DNA of 32,000 bases from Aliivibrio fischeri ES114 (GTDB lineage Bacteria; Pseudomonadota; Gammaproteobacteria; Enterobacterales; Vibrionaceae): assembly GCF_000011805.1 (NCBI RefSeq), contig NC_006840.2. One strand, given 5' to 3'. The first letter of the stretch is position 1, and each line of letters opens with the position of its first letter. The notes beneath the pieces are model-generated. The model was given only the letters and a program-made list of their open reading frames with translations. It was not told the origin of the DNA and did no database searches. The translations under genes were made by a program, and so were the position numbers. This document shows positions 15,775 through 24,549 of the stretch, in pieces.

Positions 15775-17154
15775 ATCAACCCACTCTTTAACCAATTTAC
15801 GTGAAATTTTAATGCCAGAAATAAGCAAATGTTCCGGCATGATTTCATAACTTATCGGTTGCTCAAATTTAGCCAATTTATCTTGAGTAAACTCGACTAA
15901 CTTAGCAGGAATTTTGCCTGTGTTTGAAACAAGAACAGCAACAGGTCGTTGTCCATACTCCTCATCAGGCACATCGACAACAATCACATTATCGATCTCA
16001 TGATGTGTCAGTAGCACTTGCTCTATTTTTTCAGGATGGATATTTTCGCCACCAGAAATAAACATGTTATCAGCACGTCCATGAATATGGAGCTCAGCAT
16101 TAATCACAGAACCAAGATCTTTGGTCTCAAACCAACCATCTTCGTTTGCTACATCAATAATGCCTGAAGAGCGATAATAACCTAGAGTTAAACTCTCTCC
16201 TTTTACCCACACTTCGCCTTCTTCAATGCGTAATTCTCGATAAGGCAGAACATTCCCTACTCCCGGCTCACCATCTGCTCTTTTTACTGTTACGGTTGAG
16301 CCCATTTCGGTCATACCATAACCAAGCCAACATTCTATGCCCTGTTTTTGCGCAGCTATTGTTAATTCGGTTGGAATAACACTACCACCAAGTAGAACAC
16401 GTTTTAATGCAAGCTGAGATGTTTCACCACTATCTAAGATACGTTGCAGTTGAGTTGGAACTAACGACGCATGCGTAACACCAGCTAAATCACTCAGCAA
16501 GCCTTGCTCTGTTGGCATAACCAGCATTCCGCCAGAAAGTAACCAACGCCAAACAATAGCTAAGCCTGAAACATGAAACAAAGGCAGTGATACCAGCCAA
16601 GAATCACTGACATCAAAGTGTAACCAACTTAATAAACCAGCGGCTGAGTGTAAGTGGTTACTTGCACTGTGCGCGACAGCTTTAGGGTTTCCCGTTGAGC
16701 CTGATGTAAACGTTAATGTTGCTAAGCGAGTTGGTTGCCATGTAGCCGCTACTGCACCATATTCTGCGTTTATCAGCTGCAAATGATGCCATGTACCAGA
16801 GATGGTCTCTTGACCTTCACCAAACCAAATATGATTAGCAGCAATGCTAGTAACTAATTGGTGCAGCTGTTTGCTCGGTGTCTTTGGATTAATTGCGGCA
16901 AAGCGAGCTCCAATACGAACAGAGGCCAGCTGCAACCAAACTAATTCTATGCAGTTTTTAGCAATGCCAACAATAACATCATCACGCTTAACGCCTTGCT
17001 GAAGAAGACCATTAGCATAACGATTGATTTGTGTAGACACTTCACTCCATGTCCACACTTTATCGCCATCACGCAATGCAATGTCTAATTCTCGCTCTTC
17101 ACTCCACTTAACCCAAGGCCAAGTCGTGAATGCTGGTGAGATCAGTTTTCCCAT
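15754..17154 (-). CDS. menE: O-succinylbenzoate--CoA ligase
   Basis: AMP-binding motif TFTSGSTGNPKA. From memory, similar to E. coli MenE (ATWQPTRL, THASLVPTQL, GGIKISR..LKEWV). It is the last gene of the men operon. Confidence 0.92.
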   Translation of the reverse strand: MGKLISPAFTTWPWVKWSEERELDIALRDGDKVWTWSEVSTQINRYANGLLQQGVKRDDVIVGIAKNCIELVWLQLASVRIGARFAAINPKTPSKQLHQLVTSIAANHIWFGEGQETISGTWHHLQLINAEYGAVAATWQPTRLATLTFTSGSTGNPKAVAHSASNHLHSAAGLLSWLHFDVSDSWLVSLPLFHVSGLAIVWRWLLSGGMLVMPTEQGLLSDLAGVTHASLVPTQLQRILDSGETSQLALKRVLLGGSVIPTELTIAAQKQGIECWLGYGMTEMGSTVTVKRADGEPGVGNVLPYRELRIEEGEVWVKGESLTLGYYRSSGIIDVANEDGWFETKDLGSVINAELHIHGRADNMFISGGENIHPEKIEQVLLTHHEIDNVIVVDVPDEEYGQRPVAVLVSNTGKIPAKLVEFTQDKLAKFEQPISYEIMPEHLLISGIKISRKLVKEWVDSLPITA

Positions 17155-18116
17155 ATCGCCTCGAGATCAGCCAATTGTGCCACTGGTAAGTCGCAATTAG
17201 GCCAAGAAGTATCTAGCTGCATTTTAAACAGATCGATAGTATCTAAACCCGGAATCGTTTCTGGTGTTTTCCAAGCAGCTAATCGTGCAAGTTGTGTTAA
17301 TGCCAAACTTGATTCAATGCTTGAGCTGATCACCGCTTGCATGCCTAATTGATGTGCTTGTTCTATTAACGAAATACACTTTTCAACAGAACCCACTAAT
17401 GTTGGCTTAATGACAATAGCTGTAACGCCTTCTTGAGTTTTAACAGTAAAACCATCATCACGTACAGTTTCATCCCATGCGATTGCAATATCGGTGGCTT
17501 TAGAGAAAGCTAAACTTTCTTCTGGTGTAGCACATGGTTCTTCTAAGAATTCGATACGAGAACGAAATTGTGGATGTACGTAATTAGCAAATTGCTCTGC
17601 TTTCTTTGCTGTCCAGCCACGGTTAGCATCAAGACGTAAAGAGAGATCAGAAATCAGTTCTAAAAACATATTCACAACCATGCCATCACGAATAGGTTCG
17701 TATAAACCCACTTTGATTTTGGCAATTTTCTTACCGCTCATTTCATTAAGCTTAACAACCAAGTCATCAGGATCACCAGAGCACAAAGGTGCTGCTTGGT
17801 AATTACCTTCTTGTGGCAACTGTTTTTCAAGTTCTAACAAAGCCATGCTAAAGCCAAATGCAACCGATGGGCAGTTTGAATCAAGATCCAACTCTTCATT
17901 GTTTAACCATGATTGAGTTAATGAAATTAAATCTTCACGAGCTTGTTCTAGCGTTTCTTGGCTGAATTCAGGTAAAGGTGCTACCTCACCTCTTGCTGTA
18001 TGTATTCCATCACTTAACTCAATGACCAATCCATCTCTTTGCTGAAGACGTTGTTCACGAAGAATTACTCCACTGTCCATAGGGAGTTGGTATTGATAGA
18101 TCTTGGCTGTTTTCAT
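17142..18116 (-). CDS. menC: O-succinylbenzoate synthase (enolase superfamily)
   Basis: The N-terminus MKTAKIYQYQLPMDSGVILREQRLQQRDGL parallels E. coli MenC. It sits between menB and menE in the operon and overlaps menE by 13 nt. Confidence 0.92.
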   Translation of the reverse strand: MKTAKIYQYQLPMDSGVILREQRLQQRDGLVIELSDGIHTARGEVAPLPEFSQETLEQAREDLISLTQSWLNNEELDLDSNCPSVAFGFSMALLELEKQLPQEGNYQAAPLCSGDPDDLVVKLNEMSGKKIAKIKVGLYEPIRDGMVVNMFLELISDLSLRLDANRGWTAKKAEQFANYVHPQFRSRIEFLEEPCATPEESLAFSKATDIAIAWDETVRDDGFTVKTQEGVTAIVIKPTLVGSVEKCISLIEQAHQLGMQAVISSSIESSLALTQLARLAAWKTPETIPGLDTIDLFKMQLDTSWPNCDLPVAQLADLEAIWEN

Positions 18117-18138
18117 CTCTTACTCCAACCAATAAAAG

Positions 18139-18162
18139 AAAAAAGAGACTCAAAGGAGCCTC
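18139..18162 (-). terminator. Terminator-like hairpin + U-tract inside the men operon (menB-menC gap)
   Basis: On the minus strand: GAGGCTC-CTTT-GAGTCTC (7 bp including one G-U pair) followed by TTTTTT. The menC RBS GGAG lies just downstream. Confidence 0.5.
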
Positions 18163-18191
18163 TAATACTTAATTGAATCTGTAACAGCGAA

Positions 18192-19073
18192 TTATGGGTT
18201 ACGAGGGAACTTATCGAAGTCTGGACGACGTTTTTCGTTAAACGCGTTACGACCCTCTTGACCTTCTTCTGTCATGTAGAACATCATTGTTGCGTTACCC
18301 GCTAACTCTTGAAGACCTGCTTGGCCATCACAATCAGCATTTAACGCCGCTTTTAGACAACGTAATGCCATTGGGCTGTGTTGTAGTGTTTCACGACACC
18401 AACGAACCGTTTCTTTTTCTAGATCAGCAACAGGAACAACCGTGTTTACTAAACCCATATCCAACGCTTCTTGAGCATCGTAGAAACGGCAAAGGAACCA
18501 GATTTCACGAGCTTTCTTCTGACCAACGATGCGAGCCATGTAAGAAGCACCCCAACCACCGTCAAAAGAACCTACTTTAGGACCTGTTTGACCAAACTGT
18601 GCATTTTCAGCAGCAATGGTTAAATCACACATCATATGAAGAACATGACCACCACCAACAGCGTAACCTGCTACTGCAGCAATCACTGGTTTTGGACAAG
18701 TACGGATTTGACGTTGGAAATCCAATACGTTTAAGTGGTGTGTACCACTGTCATCACGGTAACCGCCGTAATCGCCACGGATCTTCTGGTCGCCACCTGA
18801 ACAGAATGCGTCTTCACCTAAACCAGTTAAAATGATCACACCTACTTTTTCATCGTAACGTGCATCCGCTAACGCATCGATCATCTCTTTTACTGTGCCC
18901 GGACGAAATGCGTTACGCACTTGTGGACGAGCAATCGTAATCTTTGCGATACCATCTGCTGATTTGTGGTACTGAATGTCTTCGTATTGCGCAGTGCAAT
19001 CTGTCCAATCTACTGGAGCGTAAAGTTCTTCTTCTGAAATGCCAACAGTTCTTGCCATGGGATTTATGTCCAT
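18192..19073 (-). CDS. menB: 1,4-dihydroxy-2-naphthoyl-CoA synthase (crotonase fold)
   Basis: Very high similarity, from memory, to E. coli MenB ([47 protein letters not shown]). An alternative ATG at 19058 would remove the 10-nt overlap with menH. Confidence 0.95.
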   Translation of the reverse strand: MDINPMARTVGISEEELYAPVDWTDCTAQYEDIQYHKSADGIAKITIARPQVRNAFRPGTVKEMIDALADARYDEKVGVIILTGLGEDAFCSGGDQKIRGDYGGYRDDSGTHHLNVLDFQRQIRTCPKPVIAAVAGYAVGGGHVLHMMCDLTIAAENAQFGQTGPKVGSFDGGWGASYMARIVGQKKAREIWFLCRFYDAQEALDMGLVNTVVPVADLEKETVRWCRETLQHSPMALRCLKAALNADCDGQAGLQELAGNATMMFYMTEEGQEGRNAFNEKRRPDFDKFPRNP

Positions 19074-19858
19074 TGTTGTAAGAATGTATTAAGTACATGT
19101 GTAAAGCGTTCGGGCTGTTCCACATGAGCGTTATGCCCTGCCTGAGCAATGATTTGATACGTTAATTGACTTTGCTCAGCCAAGTGTTGAAATTTTTTAT
19201 CTGCTTCGCCGCAAATATAAAGAATTGGAATGGTGCTACGATGTAATGCATCAAGCAAATATGGTTGCTTAGCAAGTGACGTAGATCTCAACATCATTCC
19301 AATTGCAGGTCCAAGATTATCACTTCTCTTGGTTACTAAAACTTGTCTTTGCTCAGGGTTTAGTGAAGAAAACACCGCTTGTTGATACCAATTGTCTAAA
19401 ACATCAACAATAGGTAGTTCTTCAAAGCGCTTTGCCCATTGAATATCATTTTCCAAGCGTAGCAGCTTTTCTTCTTCTGAAACTAAGCCAAAGTTTCCAC
19501 CTTCAATACACAGTCCTTTCACCTCTATCGAAGAAGGCAAAGAATACATAGCATGAAGATACATCGCTAATCGCCCACCCAACGAGTATCCAACAAGGAT
19601 AAAGGTCTGATAAGGTGATTTTTCCAATTGTTCAACAATCAACTGGCAGCTCTGTTCAAATCCCTCATTGTGATCCAATAAGGTTGATTGACTGTTTCCA
19701 TGTCCTGGAAGATCAATTAATAATACCGGATGCGTCTTTGCAACCTTTGCAGCAATGCTTGACCAGTCTTTCGTTGATCCTAACAATCCATGTAAAAATA
19801 CCACGCAAGGTTGAGTGGTATTTTTCATGGTTTCCAATTGATTAGAATAAAGCGGCAT
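19064..19858 (-). CDS. menH: 2-succinyl-6-hydroxy-2,4-cyclohexadiene-1-carboxylate (SHCHC) synthase, alpha/beta hydrolase
   Basis: Alpha/beta-hydrolase motifs [16 protein letters not shown], nucleophile elbow GYSLGG and C-terminal GHNAH. It sits between menD and menB. An alternative ATG lies at 19828. Confidence 0.88.
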   Translation of the reverse strand: MPLYSNQLETMKNTTQPCVVFLHGLLGSTKDWSSIAAKVAKTHPVLLIDLPGHGNSQSTLLDHNEGFEQSCQLIVEQLEKSPYQTFILVGYSLGGRLAMYLHAMYSLPSSIEVKGLCIEGGNFGLVSEEEKLLRLENDIQWAKRFEELPIVDVLDNWYQQAVFSSLNPEQRQVLVTKRSDNLGPAIGMMLRSTSLAKQPYLLDALHRSTIPILYICGEADKKFQHLAEQSQLTYQIIAQAGHNAHVEQPERFTHVLNTFLQQWT

Positions 19859-21575
19859 GCTGAATGGTCTGAAAAAGACGTGTTAGCTCTTCACCAGATT
19901 GACCTGCTGGTGTATTGATCTCAATTAAATGAATACCCTTTTCTAAGCCATCGTTAATCATTGACATGGCACAGCTTAGAGTTTCTGGCCTATGGTAGGA
20001 CAAACCAAACATCGCAGCAGCATGGCTGAACTCTAGCTGATGAGGCATACGATAGAAATCATCTTTCTTTTTTTCATTCACGGGTAATAAATCAAAAATA
20101 CCACCGCCATCGTTATTCATCACCACAACAACCATAGGTTGCGTCGCTTGCTTTAATAACGCTAAAGAATTCAAATCATAAAGTAATGACGTATCCCCAA
20201 CTAAAGCGAGTAACGGTTTATCATTAGCTAACTGAACCCCAACGGCTGTAGCCACTAAACCATCAATACCTGAAGCGCCACGATTGGTATATACATTTTT
20301 TTGATTAAGCTCACCGGTCATGTCTAATAAGCGAACTATCAAGCTGTTACCAACAAACCAATCGCAATCATTGGCTTTTTGGCCTACGGTAAGCGCAAAG
20401 CTTAATTCAGATAATGTTTCGCTATTGCACGCCATAGAACGAGCCAGCGCCAATGCATTTTGTGATGCCACTTTAAGAGATTCACTCCAATGAACAGATG
20501 GCGCATGGTCAAATACACAATCTCTATCAGCAAGGCTGTCTGCGTGTGTTTGGCACCAAGTTGAAATATCAGCACGATAACGAACATGTGCATGACAACT
20601 TTCGTTTAATAACTCACTATGAGGATCTATTAAATAATAGGCCTGTTGGTAGTTTTTCAACCATGCACCCAAACGTTTTGATACTAATCGAGCACCAAAT
20701 TGCAAAACGCACTCAACTTCGGATAACAACTCAAAACACGCACTATTTTGTAGCCACAAATCGTAATGTGCCCACTCTGAATAATAACCTGATTGTGGAT
20801 CTGCCAATACTGGCCAACCAAGTTCTTTTGCTAACTGTGCTGCGCAATTTGCTTCTTCTAAAGAGACTTTACCGATAATAACAACCCCTTTCTTACGTGC
20901 CGTTTGCATCCAGTTAGGTGATAACGTTACATGAGAAAAGTAAGGTGTTTGTTGTATATAAGAAGAAGTATCCGCTTTCCAGTTCTGAATTGGTGCTAAA
21001 TAATCAACAAGAAGGCTATCGTCTTTTTTGCCATAAAACGGCTCAGGGAAAGGGCAATTAATATGGATAGCGCCACCCTGCTCTTGTTGAACAAAGCACG
21101 CTTGATCAAGACGGCTTAATAACCACTGTGCCGGCACGTTTTGACTTGGAGAAGGCAATTGAAGCGAATGGCAAACGTGTGACGAAAAAATACCCTGCTG
21201 ATTAATTGCTTGGTTCGCTCCACAATTAATCAATTCAACAGGGCGATCTGCAGTAAGTAAGACGAGTTTTTCTTTGGTTAATCCTGATTCAGCAACTGAT
21301 GGCAATAAATTAGCGACTGCAGTACCTGAAGTGACAATAACAGCAACAGGATCATTGGATGCTTTAGCAATACCTAAAGCTAAGAAGCCCAAGCCACGCT
21401 CATCAAAATGGGTATGGATGGATAAAAGAGCATGTTCAGAAGCGGCAAGAGTTAGTGGGGTTGAACGCGAGCCCGGAGCGATGCAAATATGCTTTACTCC
21501 ATTTCGAACTAACTCCTCAATAATTAACTCAGCCCAAACTTGATTTAGCATTACTTGCTGCTCAGGTTGCATCAT
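19842..21575 (-). CDS. menD: 2-succinyl-5-enolpyruvyl-6-hydroxy-3-cyclohexene-1-carboxylate (SEPHCHC) synthase, ThDP-dependent
   Basis: 577-aa ORF with the N-terminal ThDP-enzyme motif ICIAPGSRSTPLT and the ThDP-binding GDTSLLYDLN...NNDGGGIF. Its ATGATG start overlaps the menF stop. Confidence 0.93.
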   Translation of the reverse strand: MMQPEQQVMLNQVWAELIIEELVRNGVKHICIAPGSRSTPLTLAASEHALLSIHTHFDERGLGFLALGIAKASNDPVAVIVTSGTAVANLLPSVAESGLTKEKLVLLTADRPVELINCGANQAINQQGIFSSHVCHSLQLPSPSQNVPAQWLLSRLDQACFVQQEQGGAIHINCPFPEPFYGKKDDSLLVDYLAPIQNWKADTSSYIQQTPYFSHVTLSPNWMQTARKKGVVIIGKVSLEEANCAAQLAKELGWPVLADPQSGYYSEWAHYDLWLQNSACFELLSEVECVLQFGARLVSKRLGAWLKNYQQAYYLIDPHSELLNESCHAHVRYRADISTWCQTHADSLADRDCVFDHAPSVHWSESLKVASQNALALARSMACNSETLSELSFALTVGQKANDCDWFVGNSLIVRLLDMTGELNQKNVYTNRGASGIDGLVATAVGVQLANDKPLLALVGDTSLLYDLNSLALLKQATQPMVVVVMNNDGGGIFDLLPVNEKKKDDFYRMPHQLEFSHAAAMFGLSYHRPETLSCAMSMINDGLEKGIHLIEINTPAGQSGEELTRLFQTIQHAALF

Positions 21576-22894
21576 GCGACTTGCGACTCCGTGATATCTG
21601 AACTCACATTAGTATCAGATTCTAATAAGGTACATAAAGTAGAGGTTTTTCTATCTAACTCGTCCCATTCACTGCTTGGCTCAGAACCCGGAACAATACC
21701 AGCACCTGCAAATAAGTGAAGTTTATTACCCATAACCAATGCACTACGAATAGCAACACAAAATTCACTGCGCTGTTGACTCAAGAAGCCGACAGCACCG
21801 CTATACCAACCACGAGCAAAAGGTTCATTATCAATAATGAAATCCAAAGCCGACATACGAGGTAATCCAGCAATAGCTGCCGTTGGTTGTAAGTTATCAA
21901 GTAATTGAGAGTCACTGCATTCCGCATTAATTTCAGCAGAAATAGGACGTTTTAAATGCTGAACTTTGCGTAATTTCACCAATTCAGATGTATCAGCAAC
22001 GTTCATTGAAATACTGAACTTAGATAAACGGTGAACAATATCGTCCACCACTAAACGGTTTTCATACTGATTTTTCTTATCCGAAATTAACCATGAAGCT
22101 AATTGATTATCTTCTTCTTCGTCATGGCCACGTCCAATCGTACCGGCTAATGCTTCTGTTTTTAAAGCATAGCCATTACGTACATATAAACGCTCTGGTG
22201 TTGAACCAATAAAACAATGCTCGCTATCCAACGCCATCATAAAATGAAAACTGTGGCTATTTGACTGGCGACTTGCTTTTAAAAACTGAGCAGACGATAA
22301 ATTCAGATCAAGCGTTAATGTCGTTTTACGAGCGAGTACCACTTTTTCAAACTGCTTATTTTCAATTGCAGTTAACGCTTTATTGACCATGTTTGACCAA
22401 TCCGCTTTTTCAGGCGTATTGATACGTTGAGTTACTCGGCAATGTAATTCAGATAAATCGTCAAACTCTTCTGTCATTTTATTTAATGTAGAGAGCAAGC
22501 GAGAATTATCTTCTGACACATTCACCATAATATTCCACGATGAACCCAAACGCGTAATTTCTACTTGAGGAAGAAAAAAGAAAGATGACATACAGCGACG
22601 ATTACGTTCAGTTCGACCATCAAAAGATCGGCCCCCCCAAATACGTTGTTGAGGTGCGAGAACTTTTTGAGCGGCACTAGGATCGGTAAACGTCTTAACT
22701 TGACCCAATACTGCCACTTCTTCTTCACCGTCACGTGATTGCCAATAAAACTTAGGAAATACAGGTTGTGCTTCTAACCAATCAATTAGCTGCTCACCAA
22801 TAGACCAATCCAGTTTTAAAGAAATTGTATGGGATGTTGTTGCCTGTGTAATTTGATGACGGATCGATTCAATGGCATCTTGAAAAGTGGACAA
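21572..22894 (-). CDS. menF: Isochorismate synthase (menaquinone-specific)
   Basis: Chorismate-binding enzyme motifs (SFHFMM, GSTPERL, LHPTAAIAG-like LQPTAAIAGLP, GWYSGAVG, AGAGIV.GS.P..EW.E). It is the first gene of the men operon. The start is a TTG preceded by AGAGAGG. Confidence 0.9.
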   Translation of the reverse strand: MSTFQDAIESIRHQITQATTSHTISLKLDWSIGEQLIDWLEAQPVFPKFYWQSRDGEEEVAVLGQVKTFTDPSAAQKVLAPQQRIWGGRSFDGRTERNRRCMSSFFFLPQVEITRLGSSWNIMVNVSEDNSRLLSTLNKMTEEFDDLSELHCRVTQRINTPEKADWSNMVNKALTAIENKQFEKVVLARKTTLTLDLNLSSAQFLKASRQSNSHSFHFMMALDSEHCFIGSTPERLYVRNGYALKTEALAGTIGRGHDEEEDNQLASWLISDKKNQYENRLVVDDIVHRLSKFSISMNVADTSELVKLRKVQHLKRPISAEINAECSDSQLLDNLQPTAAIAGLPRMSALDFIIDNEPFARGWYSGAVGFLSQQRSEFCVAIRSALVMGNKLHLFAGAGIVPGSEPSSEWDELDRKTSTLCTLLESDTNVSSDITESQVA

Positions 22895-23277
22895 ATTAAC
22901 CTCTCTTGATCGTTTTCAGCCATCATGGCAACCGACTTGCACAAGCGGAATTGCTTGTTATTTCCTTGTATGAATTAGTGATTCTAGCAAAAGGTTTGTA
23001 AATAAAAAATAATTCACATCAATTGTATGTCTAAAAAATAAAACTCTTATCAAATTTTGCTTGTTTATGAAAATCTAAAACAAGAAAAGCAATACCTAAA
23101 AAATTCTTAAATCACGCAAAAAAGGCGATGAAATTAAAAGAAGAGAAATTATCTATTTTTAGATAGAAATATGGCAGAAGATGTTTTTACATGATTTTTT
23201 TCTAAAAATTGGTTCTCAGCCTATTAGAAATAGTGTAATTTGAATCTATATCGTTTTTATATCATCAGGGTTTCACC

Positions 23278-24492
23278 ATGCAAAATATTGGAATGTCATC
23301 AAAACTTAGCAGTGTATGCTACGACATCCGTGGTCCAGTTCTTAAACATGCTAAGCGAATGGAAGAAGAAGGCCACAAAATTCTTAAGTTAAATATTGGG
23401 AATCCAGCCCCATTTGGCTTTGACGCCCCTGATGAAATCCTTGTTGATGTGATTAAAAATCTACCAACATCGCAAGGTTACTGTGATTCAAAAGGCATTT
23501 ACTCAGCACGTAAAGCTGTTGTTCAACATTATCAACGTCGTGGTCTATTAGATTTGGACGTAGAAGATGTTTACATCGGTAATGGTGCATCTGAGCTGAT
23601 CGTTATGGCAATGCAAGCATTGTTAAATAATGGCGATGAAATGCTAGTTCCTGCTCCTGATTACCCATTATGGACAGCTGCAGTGTCACTTTCAGGTGGT
23701 AAACCTGTGCATTACATGTGTGATGAAGGGGCAGATTGGTACCCAGATTTAGACGACATTAAAAAGAAAATCACACCAAACACTAAAGGTATCGTGTTAA
23801 TTAACCCGAATAACCCAACAGGTGCGGTATACAGTCGTGATTTCTTACTACAAGTTGTCGAAATTGCACGTCAAAACAACCTAATCATTTTTGCTGATGA
23901 AATTTATGACAAAGTACTTTATGACGGTGCAGTTCATACTACATTGGCAACATTAGCACCTGATATCTTAACGGTAACATTCAACGGTCTATCTAAAGCG
24001 TATCGAGTATGTGGTTTCCGTGGTGGTTGGATGTTCTTAAACGGCCCTAAAGATCACGCTCAAGGTTACATTGCTGGGTTGGATATGCTTGCTTCAATGC
24101 GCTTATGTGCAAACGTACCTATGCAACATGCGATTCAAACAGCGTTAGGTGGTTATCAAAGCATTAATGAGCTTCTGCTTCCTGGCGGTCGTCTATTAGA
24201 GCAGCGTGATAAAGCGTATGATCTTATTACACAAATTCCGGGTGTAAGTTGTGTGAAACCAAAAGGCGCAATGTATCTGTTCCCTAAACTTGATCCTAAG
24301 ATGTACAAGATTAAAGATGATCAGAAGTTTGTGCTGGATTTCTTAATCAAAGAGAAGGTTCTACTAGTTCAAGGAACTGGCTTTAACTGGCCAACACCTG
24401 ATCATTTCCGTATCGTGACATTACCACGAGTTGATGATCTAGAGACTGCGATTGGTCGCCTAGAGCGCTTCCTACACACTTACAAACAATAA
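23278..24492 (+). CDS. alaA: Glutamate-pyruvate (alanine) aminotransferase, PLP-dependent
   Basis: Near-colinear similarity, from memory, to E. coli AlaA/YfbQ (SKL..VCYDIRGPVLK.AK..EEEG.K.LKLNIGNPAPFGFDAPDEILVDVI.NLPT.QGYCDSKG.YSARKA; PLP-lysine context FNGLSKAYRV.GFR). Confidence 0.95.
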   Translation: MQNIGMSSKLSSVCYDIRGPVLKHAKRMEEEGHKILKLNIGNPAPFGFDAPDEILVDVIKNLPTSQGYCDSKGIYSARKAVVQHYQRRGLLDLDVEDVYIGNGASELIVMAMQALLNNGDEMLVPAPDYPLWTAAVSLSGGKPVHYMCDEGADWYPDLDDIKKKITPNTKGIVLINPNNPTGAVYSRDFLLQVVEIARQNNLIIFADEIYDKVLYDGAVHTTLATLAPDILTVTFNGLSKAYRVCGFRGGWMFLNGPKDHAQGYIAGLDMLASMRLCANVPMQHAIQTALGGYQSINELLLPGGRLLEQRDKAYDLITQIPGVSCVKPKGAMYLFPKLDPKMYKIKDDQKFVLDFLIKEKVLLVQGTGFNWPTPDHFRIVTLPRVDDLETAIGRLERFLHTYKQ

Positions 24493-24514
24493 ATTGTTCT
24501 TGTTATAAAAATTC

Positions 24515-24542
24515 AAAAGCCTGCTCACTTGCAGGCTTTTTT
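24515..24542. terminator. Bidirectional rho-independent terminator between the alaA and SgrR-family genes
   Basis: AAAA, stem AGCCTGC / GCAGGCT with loop TCACTT, then TTTTTT. Confidence 0.85.
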
Positions 24543-24549
24543 ATACTCA

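Noticed and set aside
15754-17154. AMP-binding enzyme as the 'missing' acyl-ACP synthetase half of an Aas-like system next to the LplT-acyltransferase fusion
   Set aside because: It is on the opposite strand, overlaps menC by 13 nt as the last gene of menFDHBCE, and matches MenE-specific sequence blocks. The adjacency to the lipid gene is coincidental.
18287-21543. Shadow ORFs within the men genes (18287..18580, 18599..18835, 18913..19149, 19615..19845, 20402..20593, 20498..20878, 21274..21543)
   Set aside because: They are nested in or antisense to highly conserved men coding sequences and have no independent signals.
23060-23084. Short inverted repeats in the menF-alaA divergent region (CTTGTTT...AAACAAG at 23060-23084; TATCTA-TTTT-TAGATA near 23150)
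   Set aside because: They are 6-7 bp arms in a very AT-rich 380-bp region and could easily arise by chance. They may be regulator sites (for example Lrp-type), but the sequence alone does not support a call.
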